Positions 21,363-32,723 are shown, numbered from the stretch's first letter. The stretch is 64,000 bases of DNA from Candidatus Spongiisociaceae bacterium (GCA_965219685.1 CBDCOH010000002.1:3072001-3136000); one strand, 5' to 3'. Made by a program: numbers and translations. The notes: generated by a model from the sequence alone, not told the origin.

Positions 21363-22600
21363 ATGGAAGAGCAAGATCGAGCCGATGGCATGGTTGTGGT
21401 CGGTGGGGTGGACACGCATCGGGATACCCATTGTTGGGGCCGCGGTCGATACCACGGGTCGCCTGTTGGGATCGGCCCAGTTCCAGGCTGATACGGCTGG
21501 CTATGGGCAACTGGTTGCCTGGATGGAGTCGTGGGGTCGGGTCAGCCGGGTCGGGGTGGAAGGGACTGGCAGCTACGGTGCCGGCTTGGCCCGTCACCTC
21601 ACCGGCGCCGGTATCGAGGTGGTGGAAGTGATGCGTCCCAACCGCCAGTTACGCCGCCGGAGAGGCAAGGACGACCACACCGACGCCGAAGCAGCAGCTC
21701 GAGCAGCTCTGAATGGCGAAGCAACCGCGGTGCCCAAGTCCGGTGACGGACCGGTCGAGTGGATACGGATGCTGACCGTAGTTCGCCGCTCCGCCGTCAA
21801 GGCCCGCACCCAGGCCGCCAACCAACTCCATGCCCTGGTGGTTGGTGCCCCAGAACCGGTAAAAGACCAGCTAAAGGACATGAAACTCAAAGGCCTGGTT
21901 AAGACTTGTGCCCGCTTTTCGACCTAGCGGAGAGTCCTCCCTCAGCTACACGAAGCAGGCCCTCCGCTGCCTAGCCCGCCGCTACCAGGTCCTCGACACC
22001 GAGATCGCAGAGCTCGATGTCGAGATCCGCCGTCTCTGCGCCAAGGCCAACCCGGCGCTCCTAGCCGCCAAAGGTGTCGGTCCCGACACAGCCGCCAAGC
22101 TGCTGGTCGCAGCCGGCGACAACCCCCAACGCATGAAATCGGAACGGTCCTTCGCTGCGCTGTGCGGCACCAGCCCCGTCCCCGCATCATCAGGACGCAC
22201 AGTCCGGCATCGTCTCAACCGGGGCGGCAACCGCCAAGCCAACAGCGCCCTGTGGCGGATCGCTACCACCCGGATGCGTACCGACGCCGCCACCAAAGAA
22301 TACGTGACCAGACGCGAGGCTGAAGGCAAGAAGCGAACCGAGATCATCCGCTGCCTCAAGCGGCACATCACCCGAGAGATCTACCGGCTCCTCACCAACC
22401 CACCCCCAACCCCGAACTGCCCCCAACTGCGCAACCGGCGCCAACACCAGGGAATCACCGTCACCCGAGGCCGCCCGAACTTTCGGAACCTACCCCAGCC
22501 GCATCTCAGCACTCGAGCTCGGCCGAGACCACAACCACCAACTCGCTACCCGATACCAGAGGTGGCTCCGAACTCCCGAACCCGGCCCGTCGCCGATTTG
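21363..22600 (+). pseudogene. IS110 recombinase with about three frameshifts
   Basis: GGVDTHRDTH, VEGTGSYG, GKDDHTDA and RLNRGGNRQAN in different frames. Confidence 0.85.
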
Positions 22601-22677
22601 ATAAACATAGGAGCATCGTGGGATTTGGGCTGTTCTGGTGGTCGGTGTTGAGGAGCCCTCAACAGGATGAGTGCCGT

Positions 22678-22819
22678 CTATGAGGTCACATCCGCTCCGG
22701 GCTGGCTGCCCGTACCCCCCGACCGGTGCCCGGCCGACAGATCCGGGGTAAAAGGCACCACAGCCAGTTTCCCGGTGGGTCAGACCGGACCCCGGTCGAG
22801 GTCCCTTAAGTATGAGTGT
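22678..22819 (-). mobile_element. IS110-B left-end fragment (B3), orphan target-loop region
   Basis: Near-identical to the reverse complement of 58012-58152; truncated at the CTA of CTATGAGGTCAC. Confidence 0.8.
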
Positions 22820-23693
22820 TACCCCTGAGACTCAGGTGATTCGGCGACGCGGGTGGAGCTTCGCGCCGGTGGCGGCTGAGGCAATTTGTTGTGTCGGTGC
22901 CTATGGGGGTGTAGGGGGTGAGTACGGCGTTGGCGCCTGCGATGATGGACGCGCAGTCGGGGTGGGTGGGGTCCCCGGTCAGGTTGATCATTCGTATGAG
23001 CCACCAGGCGTACCAGCGGACTTCGATCTCTCCGCCCATGTCGCGTATGTCTTGGGCTGAGGACACTCCGAGGTCGGTTAGGGCCTGGTTGAGTTCGGCT
23101 TCGGTGTGGGGTCGGAAGGTGTCGTCGGTTCGGGGAGGGTATTGTCCGGGTCCGTGGTGGGGTTCCCAGCCCGGGTTTTCTAGGGCGAGGGCTATGAGTT
23201 CGTCGTGGGCTGTGAGGTAGTGGAAGGTTGAGCCCCACCAGCTGTACCAGTTGGGGTTGTCGATGAGTTCGTACTTGAGGGTGTCGTTGCATGCGGTGGC
23301 TTCGAGACCGGCTCTGCTGGCGGGCATCCGGTCGTCCCATGCGGGGTGGCTGGATCGGCGCAGGTAGTAGTCCCATTCCATTTGGGCCAGGGTGGTGCTG
23401 GTGGTCGGCTGGGTGGTCGGGGTTGTGGTGGTGGGGGTCTGTGCAGAGCGGGTGTCTTCTGGTTCGGGGGGTGGAGCGAGGGTCGTGTCGGTGACCGGCA
23501 CGCCTCGTGTTGAGCCGTCCGTGCCGGCGGGTGCTGTGCTGTCGGTAACCGCGAGGCTGGTCGCGGTGGTTGCGTTGGTGGTGCCCACTCGTTGGTTCTG
23601 GGCGCCCATCGCGGAGACCACTGTCACCGCAACGACACCGACCAGGCCCGCAGCAACCAGCAGTATCCGGACGGTTGGGCCGGTTAACCTCAT
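22806..23693 (-). CDS. Membrane-anchored or secreted hypothetical protein with Thr/Pro linker (paralogue of 56642-57391)
   Basis: N-terminal hydrophobic helix, T/P-rich linker, conserved WDYYLRR..WYAWWLIRMINL domain. Confidence 0.75.
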   Translation of the reverse strand: MRLTGPTVRILLVAAGLVGVVAVTVVSAMGAQNQRVGTTNATTATSLAVTDSTAPAGTDGSTRGVPVTDTTLAPPPEPEDTRSAQTPTTTTPTTQPTTSTTLAQMEWDYYLRRSSHPAWDDRMPASRAGLEATACNDTLKYELIDNPNWYSWWGSTFHYLTAHDELIALALENPGWEPHHGPGQYPPRTDDTFRPHTEAELNQALTDLGVSSAQDIRDMGGEIEVRWYAWWLIRMINLTGDPTHPDCASIIAGANAVLTPYTPIGTDTTNCLSRHRREAPPASPNHLSLRGNTHT

Positions 23694-24807
23694 CTGCCTT
23701 TCCTGTTCCCCTGCACCGCAGCCGCGCCCACGAGCAGCCTATGGCACATGCTAGAAGTCCAAACCCTGTGGAGTTCCCCCTGCTGGCCGGACATTCCCAC
23801 AGTGAGCGCGTCTTGTCTCCGACAATGGGATTGCGCTCCAGTCTCTCAGGATTACAACCCCACGAACATGACAGCAGCCGACAGACCAACAGAGTTTCTC
23901 AGCACCCTCCTAGACGCCAGAACCGAATACCCCCCACTCCGAAACTCCCCGAACGGGCAAAACGCGAAGTGCCAAGACGTGTGAGCCTCGTCGGACATCT
24001 GGAATTCCTCACAGTTCGGACGGTCCGGGTATCGGAAGAGGTTGAAGAGTGAGTGGGAATAGGCCACCGGCTCTCACCCTTTCGATCCCTCCGACGGCGG
24101 AACGTCCTCTTGAACGTTATCTTCTGGTTCCCAAGCCGCAGGTGGTTATCACTCTGCGGTTGTCACAGCTTGTCGGTCGGATGAGATTGGACGGTTGGTC
24201 GACGGCGGACGTGGTCTCGACGGGTCTCGGACGGAGGTCGCCCTGTATCGTGAGCCGTTCCGCTCGTCGCGAACCTGTTCTTGATCGGTCGGGACGGAGC
24301 TGACGGATTACTCGTTGCGGATGTGCTGTCCGCTGCTGCAAACGGTGAACAGCCAGCTAGACCGTGCGCTTGTCAAGGACCGGGCGGTTGAAGTCCCACG
24401 TCTGGTACCACGTTCCGGGCGTGTGCACCTGATGCTGGCCTGCGGAATCATGACCCCTGCACCAACCACAGCAGCACCCAAGCCCACGAAATCGCGCAGC
24501 CTCCGTTTGTTCGGCCATGTGTTGTGAGCAGCGCCGCTTCGCGGGTGGGTCCCCACCCGAGGGATTCGTGCTTCGGATGTTCCGGTTTCGGGTGCTCCCT
24601 CCAGTAGCACGTACCCAAGCCGTTGCGTTCGGACAGGTCCAACAGCGGCTGCCGGTACTCGAGGGTCCCGGTCCCGTCGGCGCGCCTTCCTTCCTGTCAC
24701 CGCCAGGCGGACTTCTCCAATCGGGCTGACTTCACAAGACTGGGGGACCATCACTCAACCCGCGAGACTGCGCGATACCCGCGTACCGAAGGAGAGGAGA
24801 TCACCTC

Positions 24808-25497
24808 ATGGCGAGGACTAGTCATCACGAGTTGACGGAGCAACGCACGATCTCGACTCAGGTCCTGAAACGCTTAGCGGACCACATGTACAACCGACCG
24901 CTGATCAGCAACATCAAACGTGCCGACTACGTAGAGTGCTTGGTGGAGCTCATCTTAAGGAGTGTTGACCAAGGCTGGTGCCTTACCGAACCATGGGCGC
25001 CATGGGACCTCGAACACGCCAGAACCGGTGCTCGTCTCGAAGTCAAGCAGTCCAGCAGGCTCCAGAGCTGGTCCAGCCCGGACTCCACGAATCGACCGGC
25101 CTACCCATCGTTCGATATCGCTACACACGATACATATTGGACGACGTGCTCTGAGGGACGCAACAAATCGTGGAAGTGCTCCGAGGGCGGCTACCACACG
25201 ATCAGCACAGAACGACAACGGCATGCCGACATCTATGTGTTCGCCTGGCACGGCACAACAGAACACGCCGTTGCTGACCACCGAGAAGCCGGACAGTGGG
25301 AATTCTACGTGACTCCCGAGGCGGAGCTTCCACCAGGCCAACAGTCCATCGGCCTCAACCCGCTAAGAGACCTCGTACAACCGTGTACCTACCGCTCACT
25401 AGCCCAGACCGTCGCGAATACGCTTCCATCGACCTCTCTCCTCAAGGCCCAACTCGATCCACCACCTTCTGAGTGCCCTTCGCGAGGTCAGCAATAA
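24808..25497 (+). CDS. PD-(D/E)XK-like nuclease family protein
   Basis: RADYVE..WDL..RLEVKQSSRLQSW..ADIYVFA..QWEFYV; GAGGAG RBS. Confidence 0.75.
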   Translation: MARTSHHELTEQRTISTQVLKRLADHMYNRPLISNIKRADYVECLVELILRSVDQGWCLTEPWAPWDLEHARTGARLEVKQSSRLQSWSSPDSTNRPAYPSFDIATHDTYWTTCSEGRNKSWKCSEGGYHTISTERQRHADIYVFAWHGTTEHAVADHREAGQWEFYVTPEAELPPGQQSIGLNPLRDLVQPCTYRSLAQTVANTLPSTSLLKAQLDPPPSECPSRGQQ

Positions 25498-25914
25498 ACG
25501 ATCCCGGGCCGACAAGACCCGAAGCCGTCGGTGCAGCTCGGTCGGCCGCCTCGTACGCGAAGTGGGCGCGCTTATCGTCGGCTCCCGGTCACCGGTCCGT
25601 GCGCGCTGCAAAACCTCGGCCCGGATGTTCGCCACCTCTCTCTCCAGTCACTCGATCTCGGTGACGAGCCTGCGGCGCTCCGAGCTTCTACTCGCCACCG
25701 GGTTTCGACTGCACTGTGACCTCTGCCAGTTATTTCCGACAGTATCGAGTCGCTCGTCCCCCAGCGCGTCGACCGCGTTCTGGACGAAGTCGGCCCGGTG
25801 CGAGCCGGCCGGCAGAGTTCCCTGGATAACACCCTGCGCTGGTAGCCACGCCAGTGGTCGGCTGCCATAGCGCTCCATCCATCACGCCGCTACCTGCCGG
25901 TGACGGTCAGATGA

Positions 25915-26054
25915 GCCGTTGATCTGCCATGTCTGGTGGCTGCGGCCAAGTGTAGGTTCGGCGGCTAGGACTGTGTCTACGCAGCTGTCGGGGTTGTCGC
26001 GGCAGTAGATCCAACCACGGAAGCTGGCACGCAGGAAAGGCTCGACAACATCGG
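25915..26054 (-). pseudogene. Fragment of an NMT1/THI5-like ABC substrate-binding protein
   Basis: FLRASFRGWIYCRDNPDSCVDTVL..HQTWQIN, cut off by an IS21 end. Confidence 0.5.
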
Positions 26055-26110
26055 TGTCAACGCCGGTCGAAAGTTGCGCGGACTTGGCCGGTTGAAAACT
26101 ACGCGGTGGT
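26054..26110 (-). mobile_element. IS21-family terminal repeat remnant
   Basis: TGTCAACGCCGGTCGAAAGTT with internal repeat GGCCGGTTGAAAACT. Confidence 0.65.
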
Positions 26111-26442
26111 TCTGTAGGGCCGGTCACCAGCAACCCTCTTCCCCCGCGGCCAACAGTCGATCCGCCAGCCCTCCGAGTCCGACCCACAGCCAACACGGAA
26201 GCCGGCGCGGAGTGGAGTCAAGAGGCAGTAGGATCCGAAGGCTGATAACGCGAGGCGGCGGTACAAGTCAGCTGGCAGGCAGGGCAACCTAAGAGAAGAC
26301 AGTCACACAGGCCAGCAGGACGACTCACTGTAGGAATGCGGCCGGACCGTACCCATTGGACTTCCCCCCGCTGCACCCCAACACGTTTTGGTGTCGCTTG
26401 GCCATCTAGCCGAGGCCCAAACGCATGAGCGTGACTCGGCTC

Positions 26443-26767
26443 TGTTGGCGATTAGCGAGATTCCCCAGAGTCGATAATCGAAATTCCCCACCCTTGGTGT
26501 GTTGGTGAGTCTAGTTGCGGACTCCTTTCGGTCGGTGTTTTCTGGCTTGGGCGTGGTAGCCGCGTAGCCGGTAGCTGTCTCCTGTGATGGTGAACACGAC
26601 GCTTCGGTGCAATAGCCGGTCGAGCATTGCTGCGGCGATGGTGGTGTCGGAGAAGATGTCTCCCCAGGCGGCGACGCTGCGGTTGGTGGTCAGGATGATC
26701 GAGCCTTTCTGGTATCTGCGGGAGATGACCTGGAACAGGGAGGCGGCTTCGGGGTCGAAGGGGATGT
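26443..26767 (-). mobile_element. istB: IS21 right end with istB C-terminal fragment
   Basis: LFQVISRRY..SIILTTN..WGDIF..AAMLDRLLH..GDSYRL. Confidence 0.9.
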
Positions 26768-27070
26768 GTTGGGTCGGGGACGGGACGCCCTGCGGCCTTG
26801 CGGCCGTGGGTCGTCCTGTCCCCGCCCTCGTGATGCGGACGTGCACGTTTCTGCGCATCCGGCTCTCCACGTGTGTCGTTAGGTTGGGTTGAGGTGTTCT
26901 GAGACCTTCCCGACGAATGCCTCGTCGTTGTGGTTGGTTCGGCGGAAGCATGCTCCTGCCGGGTCCAGGTCGTCGAGGTTGTGAGATCCAAGCAGTCACA
27001 GACACCATCGACAACAGACCCCGCAGGTCCCTTTCGATGGGACACACCCCGCGGATGCGCTCGACGAGCA
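26768..27070 (-). ncRNA. Group II intron 3' remnant (domains V-VI) inserted in istB
   Basis: GAGCCGGATGCG-CAGAAACG-TGCACGTCCG domain V; domain VI hairpin ending CCGACCCAAC; 5' boundary uncertain, no RT gene left. Confidence 0.8.
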
Positions 27071-27095
27071 CTCACGCTCGCCCCACGGCAGACAG

Positions 27096-30000
27096 TTACG
27101 GCTGGGTCGTGGCGGTGACCGTGAGCAGGTAGGTGCCGAGCCACGCGGCGGTGGCGGTGGCCTCGATGTAGTAGGTGCCGTCGACGGTGGGAGTGAACGT
27201 GAACCGGCTGTTCTGGCCGTATCCGCCGTTGCCGGACACGGTGAGGTCCCCGGTGCCGGGCACGAGCGTTCCGGACTCGTCGTAGACGCCGCTTAGCATC
27301 GGGTCCACCAGCGTGTAGTCAGATTCCCACACCCCCGTCGGCGACAGCGACCCGGTCCACTGGCCCTCCATGTCGATCTGGTAGACGACCCCGGCCTGCA
27401 GCTCGACGCGGTGCCAGTCCCGCTCACCCGCGGAGTCGATCCTCGACAGCAGGCCCACACCCACCTCGAGGTCGCTGACAGTGGTGGTATCCGCGGCGGC
27501 GTCGGGCGCGGGGCGGGTGATCGTGACCGAGTAGTTCAGCTGCGTGACGCCGTCGGGCGCCAGCGAGGTCAACACAACGACTGTCACCGTCTCGGTGCCT
27601 GCCGCGCCGAGGTCCACCTGCCAACCCGCGGCCGGATCGATATCGGCAACGGCCGGCACGATCACCGTGCCCGCCAGCGTCGCGGCCGCCTCGATGGTCG
27701 CAACGGCAACGTCATCGGCGACCGTCACCGCATAGTCGTGGACGCCGCTGGAGAACCCCGGCACCAGGTCGTAGCCGGCGACCGACAGCGAACTCAACGA
27801 CGCGTCGTCCTCGATGGGGCTGTCCACGATGATCGAGAAGAAGCCCGCCGGTCGGCGCTCCACCGCGATGTGATAGGTGCCGGTGCGGGTCGCGGTGAAC
27901 TCCAACTGCCCCTTGGCAGCCGTGCCGTGCACGACGCCGACATCGAAGTACTCAGGGTCACCGTCCTGGTAGAACACGCCGCGGATGTACGCATCGAACA
28001 CGCCGCGGATGCCCGTATCGAGCTGATGGCGCGAAGCGACGCCGCCCAGCGACTCCACATTCACCACATACGTTCTGTTGGCGATGAGCTTCACGCTGAT
28101 CCACGTCGGAACCTGCCCGTGAGGGTACGCGCCGGGGTCGCTGTCGGCATGGCCTTTCGTGACCGTGTCGAGATCGATCACCCTGCTGCCGTCATAAGCC
28201 CAGAAGTACGACACGGCCTTGCTTCTGGCGGCCTGATCGTCTGCGACAGTGCCGTCAGGACGAACCGGGGACACCTCCACGGTGATCGTGTAGTCGCCCA
28301 CATGGAAGTCCCAGCCCCGGGCGTCGATGTAGTAGGTGCCGTCCGCGGCGGGCGCGACGACTATCGCGTCGGGATAGTCCACTATGTTGTTCGTGCTGAC
28401 GGGCTCGCCGCTGCCGGGCACCAGATTCCCGTGGGCGTCGTACACGCCGGCGATGTCGCGGTTCTCCCAGTGCCCCAGCGCGGCCTTGTTGGCGTGGTCG
28501 GGACCCATCGCGACCGTGTAGTACTGGCCGCCCTGCAGCTGCACCGCGATCCAGTCGCGGTCGTAGTGTCGGTCGATGCGGCCGTGGTAAGCGCCGCCGC
28601 CCACGACCACGCTCGCGGTCGTAGAGGTATCCGCGGCCACATCGGGCAACTCTGCCAGCCCGGTCACCGACAACGTGTAGGTGCCCAGCTCATCCGGAAA
28701 GGCGGAAGCGTCGTATGAGCGGCCGAACGCGAGTATGTAATAGTCGCCGTCGCTGGTGGGCGAGAACACCTGACGGTCGTTACGGGTGCCGTCGGCGTTG
28801 CGGACGGTGTGCACCGTGTCGATCGGGAACCGTTGACCGTCGCGGGGCCCCACATTCAGGCCCGGATCTTCGAGGGTGCCGTGGCCGGTGTCGGCGCCCA
28901 TCATCTCGAGCACATAGATCCGGTTCGCCTCCAGCGACACCCGCCACCAGTCATGGTCGCCGGTCCACAACTCCCCGTCGGCGCCTCCCGAGTCGTAGAA
29001 CACCTCCCACGGGTCGATGTCGATCTCGCTCTCGACGGAGTCGCCCACGGTGATTTGCTGCGACGTCGCGGGCGTGTCACCGACCTCGGGCAGCCTCTCG
29101 AGGATCTCCAGGTCGTACACGCCGTTGTGGTACAGCGACGGATCCGAGGCGCCGCGCCCCGCCGACACGTAGTAGGTGCCGCTTCGCTCCGGCACGAACT
29201 TCACGAACGCGTCACGCCTGCCGAAGTCGTAGGGACCGGACTCATAGATCTCGGTCCAGGACGGGAACACCCCGTCGTAGTCCCACTCCAGCTGCAGATC
29301 CCAACTCAAGTCCACCCAGCGGGTGTCGCCTCCGTCGTCGTTGGCGCTGCCCGCCACCAGCACGCCGTCGGCGTCGTAGACCCCATGAATCATCGGATCC
29401 GCCAGCGAGTCGTCCCAGCCGGTCTGCTTCATGTCGATGTAATAGCGGCGGTCGCGCACCATCTCCACTTTGAACCAGTCCCGGTCGCCGTCATCATGGA
29501 TGAAGCTTCGGGCGCTGGCGGAACGGTTGACGTTGCCGGTCCTGTCGCCGAGGTCCAGCACCGCGGCGGTCGTGGAGTCGCCCGCGATGTCGTCGGGCTC
29601 GGCCCGTACGGCGTGGACGGTGTAGGCCGTATAGGGCCGGCCGTCGCCGGCGATGGTGACAGTGATCGTGGTGACGCGCCCGGCGAGGTCGACCTGGTGT
29701 CCTTCGGTGAACGGGTCGGTGTCTGCGGGCAGGATCTCCACGCTGGCGCCCGCGCTGTCGTCGGCCGCCGCGGCCGAGACCGTGGTGACCGACACCGCCT
29801 CGGGCACCGCCGCCGCATAGCTGGACTGCTCGGGGGCGAAGTCGATCTCGATGCCGGACAGCTCCAAGGACGCCAGCCGGAACGGAACGCCGGGCATGTT
29901 GTAGGCGTAGAGCTTGCGGTCTTTGTCGTCGAGGACCCACATGGTGTCGCCGTCGGACCAGATGGACTTGGGATGGGTGTTGCCCGCGCCGGCGAGAGTG

Positions 30001-31790
30001 TCGAAGTCCAGGTTGGCCTGCCGTTCGCCGGTGTGCATGTCGTAAGCGGAGATCTTGACACGGTGTATGTCCAGCGCCCACATGGTGTCGCCGTCGGACC
30101 AGATGCTCCAGGCGAGGCGGGCGTCTATGTCACGATCGGGCCGCCGGTCGCCGCTGGCCAGGTCGAACGCGTAGATCGTGGAGATCCTGTCGTCGGAGAC
30201 CCACACGGTGTCGCCGTCGGACCACAGGTCCAGGGGCCAGCGCATGTCAGGGTAATCGAGCAGGCCGAAGCCTCCGCCGGCCAGGCGGTCGCCGCCGACC
30301 AGGTCGAACGCGGCCACCTTGGCGTCGTAGCTGTTGAGGACCCACATGGTCTCTTCGTTGGACCACACCCCGGCCCACCAATGATCCAGCCGGGCCCCCG
30401 ACTCGAGGGTGTCGATGTCTCGGTCGGCGAGGCGGTCGCCGCTGGCCAGTTCGTACGCGTAGACCTTGGCGTCCCGACCGACGTTGATCCACATGATGTC
30501 GCCGTCGGACCACAGACCGTACTCTGAGTAGTCCGACCGTCCTCCCAAGTAGTTCGACCATCCGCCCCGCCTGCGCACCGTGTCGTCTGCGTCGAGGTCG
30601 CGCTGGGGGTCTCGGGCGAACGCCGCGCCCCGGGCGCGGTCAACGGTGACGGTGTAGGTCTGGCGCCGGGTGCCGTCGGGGGACTCGACGGTGACGGTGA
30701 CGGTGTTGGCGCCCACCGCGAGGGCGACCTGGTGGCCGTTGGCGGCGTCAGCGTCGGCGTCGGCCGGCAGGACCGTCACCCCGGCGTCGGGATCGGCGGG
30801 GTCCGCGGTGACGGCGGTGGACGCCACCGCGTGAGCCACGTCGGCCTGGTAGCTGTGGACAGCCGCGTCGAAGGCGCCGATGTCGATACCGGAGAGCTCC
30901 AACGACGCCAGCCGCAACGGGAGGTCGTCGTCGGCGTCGAGGGACTCTGCTGTGTCGGGTTCGGTGATGGTGTTGGGTTGTCCGGTGGCGTACGCGGGCG
31001 CCGATCTCAAGGTGGGGGCGTCGCCGCTGCCGTAGAGTGCCTGCACCCGGTACTCGTACTCCACGCCGTCCTCGTCGGCGGTCAGATCTACATAGACGGT
31101 GTCGGCGGTGGCGGTGTCATCCACCAGCACCGAAACCTCCGCGCCGTCGCTGCCGCGATACAGCCGGTAGCCGCCCACCAGCTCGGTGTACAGCACCGGA
31201 GCGTCCCAACTCAGCACCACATGGCCCGGCGCGGCGGCCGCAACCAGATTCGACGGTGCCAACTCAGCCGTCGTGGGCTGCGACGGCGCGGACGGTGTCT
31301 CGTCGGGTGTGGCACCGCATGTCGGCGCCGTGTCATCGGCGGCGAACCCGACCACCTCAGCAGACCACTCACTCGAGGGGATGCCCTTCCCGAAGCGGGC
31401 CCGCACCATCACCTTGTACTCGCCGCCGGGCACCAGCCCCGCTATGACCGTCTCGGTGCCGGACTCGAACGTGTTCGTTATCGCGTCGCCGAGCTTGCCG
31501 CCGAACTCGCCGCCCACGTAGCCGCCATCGACTGCAGCGATCGCCACCCGATACGGACTCGACGGCGCGTCGGGATGCGGATCCCAGGACACCACCAACT
31601 CGCCGCGGCACTCCCCGGACGCCGCAGACACGCCCGTCACCGCCGCCGGGCGCACCACCTGCGCCAACACGTCACCGGCCACCAAACCCACAACACACAT
31701 CGCCACAACAACAACGACCACAGCCCCGCGACGGCGGCGTGAGCCTCCGCCCCTACGCGAAGACACCCTCACCGGCACCGCTGACGACAT
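27096..31790 (-). CDS. Large secreted adhesin-like protein (FN3, cadherin-like beta-sandwich, WSDG propeller repeats, PPC-like domains)
   Basis: Signal peptide; APSNL..LSWDAP..YEYRVQA; LASLELSG repeats; WSDGDTMWV repeats; DRDW..GTYY..A modules; GGAGG RBS before ATG 31790. Confidence 0.9.
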   Translation of the reverse strand: MSSAVPVRVSSRRGGGSRRRRGAVVVVVVAMCVVGLVAGDVLAQVVRPAAVTGVSAASGECRGELVVSWDPHPDAPSSPYRVAIAAVDGGYVGGEFGGKLGDAITNTFESGTETVIAGLVPGGEYKVMVRARFGKGIPSSEWSAEVVGFAADDTAPTCGATPDETPSAPSQPTTAELAPSNLVAAAAPGHVVLSWDAPVLYTELVGGYRLYRGSDGAEVSVLVDDTATADTVYVDLTADEDGVEYEYRVQALYGSGDAPTLRSAPAYATGQPNTITEPDTAESLDADDDLPLRLASLELSGIDIGAFDAAVHSYQADVAHAVASTAVTADPADPDAGVTVLPADADADAANGHQVALAVGANTVTVTVESPDGTRRQTYTVTVDRARGAAFARDPQRDLDADDTVRRRGGWSNYLGGRSDYSEYGLWSDGDIMWINVGRDAKVYAYELASGDRLADRDIDTLESGARLDHWWAGVWSNEETMWVLNSYDAKVAAFDLVGGDRLAGGGFGLLDYPDMRWPLDLWSDGDTVWVSDDRISTIYAFDLASGDRRPDRDIDARLAWSIWSDGDTMWALDIHRVKISAYDMHTGERQANLDFDTLAGAGNTHPKSIWSDGDTMWVLDDKDRKLYAYNMPGVPFRLASLELSGIEIDFAPEQSSYAAAVPEAVSVTTVSAAAADDSAGASVEILPADTDPFTEGHQVDLAGRVTTITVTIAGDGRPYTAYTVHAVRAEPDDIAGDSTTAAVLDLGDRTGNVNRSASARSFIHDDGDRDWFKVEMVRDRRYYIDMKQTGWDDSLADPMIHGVYDADGVLVAGSANDDGGDTRWVDLSWDLQLEWDYDGVFPSWTEIYESGPYDFGRRDAFVKFVPERSGTYYVSAGRGASDPSLYHNGVYDLEILERLPEVGDTPATSQQITVGDSVESEIDIDPWEVFYDSGGADGELWTGDHDWWRVSLEANRIYVLEMMGADTGHGTLEDPGLNVGPRDGQRFPIDTVHTVRNADGTRNDRQVFSPTSDGDYYILAFGRSYDASAFPDELGTYTLSVTGLAELPDVAADTSTTASVVVGGGAYHGRIDRHYDRDWIAVQLQGGQYYTVAMGPDHANKAALGHWENRDIAGVYDAHGNLVPGSGEPVSTNNIVDYPDAIVVAPAADGTYYIDARGWDFHVGDYTITVEVSPVRPDGTVADDQAARSKAVSYFWAYDGSRVIDLDTVTKGHADSDPGAYPHGQVPTWISVKLIANRTYVVNVESLGGVASRHQLDTGIRGVFDAYIRGVFYQDGDPEYFDVGVVHGTAAKGQLEFTATRTGTYHIAVERRPAGFFSIIVDSPIEDDASLSSLSVAGYDLVPGFSSGVHDYAVTVADDVAVATIEAAATLAGTVIVPAVADIDPAAGWQVDLGAAGTETVTVVVLTSLAPDGVTQLNYSVTITRPAPDAAADTTTVSDLEVGVGLLSRIDSAGERDWHRVELQAGVVYQIDMEGQWTGSLSPTGVWESDYTLVDPMLSGVYDESGTLVPGTGDLTVSGNGGYGQNSRFTFTPTVDGTYYIEATATAAWLGTYLLTVTATTQP

Positions 31791-32077
31791 CACACACGAC
31801 CTCCCCCGGCAAGAACCGCTGAACCATGCGTCAGAGGCCCAAAGGTGGCGACCCCCACCGCGAGACAGACCGATAGCCCTAGACCCCAAGCAAGGTCGCA
31901 CCCGGCCCATCCGCCCTGATCGGCGGGTACGTACTCATCCACTGTCGGAAACCAGATCCGCAAGGGAGTACCAACCGCCAAGGCCGCGAAGACCAGCGTG
32001 GCCACGGACCACACGTGACGGGCCGGGTTCCGCCTCGTCGCATCCGGTACCGCCCCCGGTGGGTTTCTCACCGTCAC
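31790..32077 (-). CDS. Small two-helix membrane protein coupled to the adhesin gene
   Basis: Two hydrophobic segments; TGATG stop/start overlap with 31790. Confidence 0.45.
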   Translation of the reverse strand: MTVRNPPGAVPDATRRNPARHVWSVATLVFAALAVGTPLRIWFPTVDEYVPADQGGWAGCDLAWGLGLSVCLAVGVATFGPLTHGSAVLAGGGRV

Positions 32078-32723
32078 TTACGCCACACGACAATTGCAAC
32101 CAGCCGACGCACCTTTCCGGGTCGGCCCCCACCGCGGATACTCGCTCGATACATGAATCACGCCTGCCGACTGTACCACACATAGCACGCTGCAATCCGC
32201 CCGGCACTGTGTGTATCCGTGACTATCAGACCCATATAGGTGTGTGTAAAACGGTGTCGGTCGGTGGGTTCGTCAACGTGGAGTCCATCCTTGTGGTGTA
32301 CGGGGGGTGCCCATGACACCGCATACAGATCAACAGTTCGGCACATCGCGAGGCCGGTGGCCTAATCCACCGGTATCGCAATTTCGGCAGCCGCCGTGAG
32401 CGTCAACGAAGTTTGCGACAAGGTCGTGTCCGCTACCAGCACTCGGCTGCCATGCCCCGCAGCGTCGTTGATCATCCGCCGGATCGCTTCTTTGTCGTTG
32501 GGAACCGCACCGGCGAGCAGTGCTTCACCGGCGGCCGACACCGCACCCGGTGTAGTGTCTGGCCTTGGCGACATCAACACCGACGAACACCTCGGGAGCG
32601 GGCTTAGGGCTCTCACCCACCAGTTGGTCCTCTTGTTGACGATCGCCTGACTGCAACTGCTTATAGGCGCCGACGCCTCAACCACATCTGCGAACCAGCC
32701 GCTGAACTTCGGTGGATGTCCCC

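Larger units (their letters stand above)
21132..22617 (+). mobile_element. IS110 lineage B copy B2 (full length, frameshifted)
   Basis: Left end ACACTCATAC; right end AAACATAGGAGCATC. Confidence 0.9.

Noticed and set aside
24308-24754. Possible third integrase remnant
   Set aside because: Similarity too weak to support by eye
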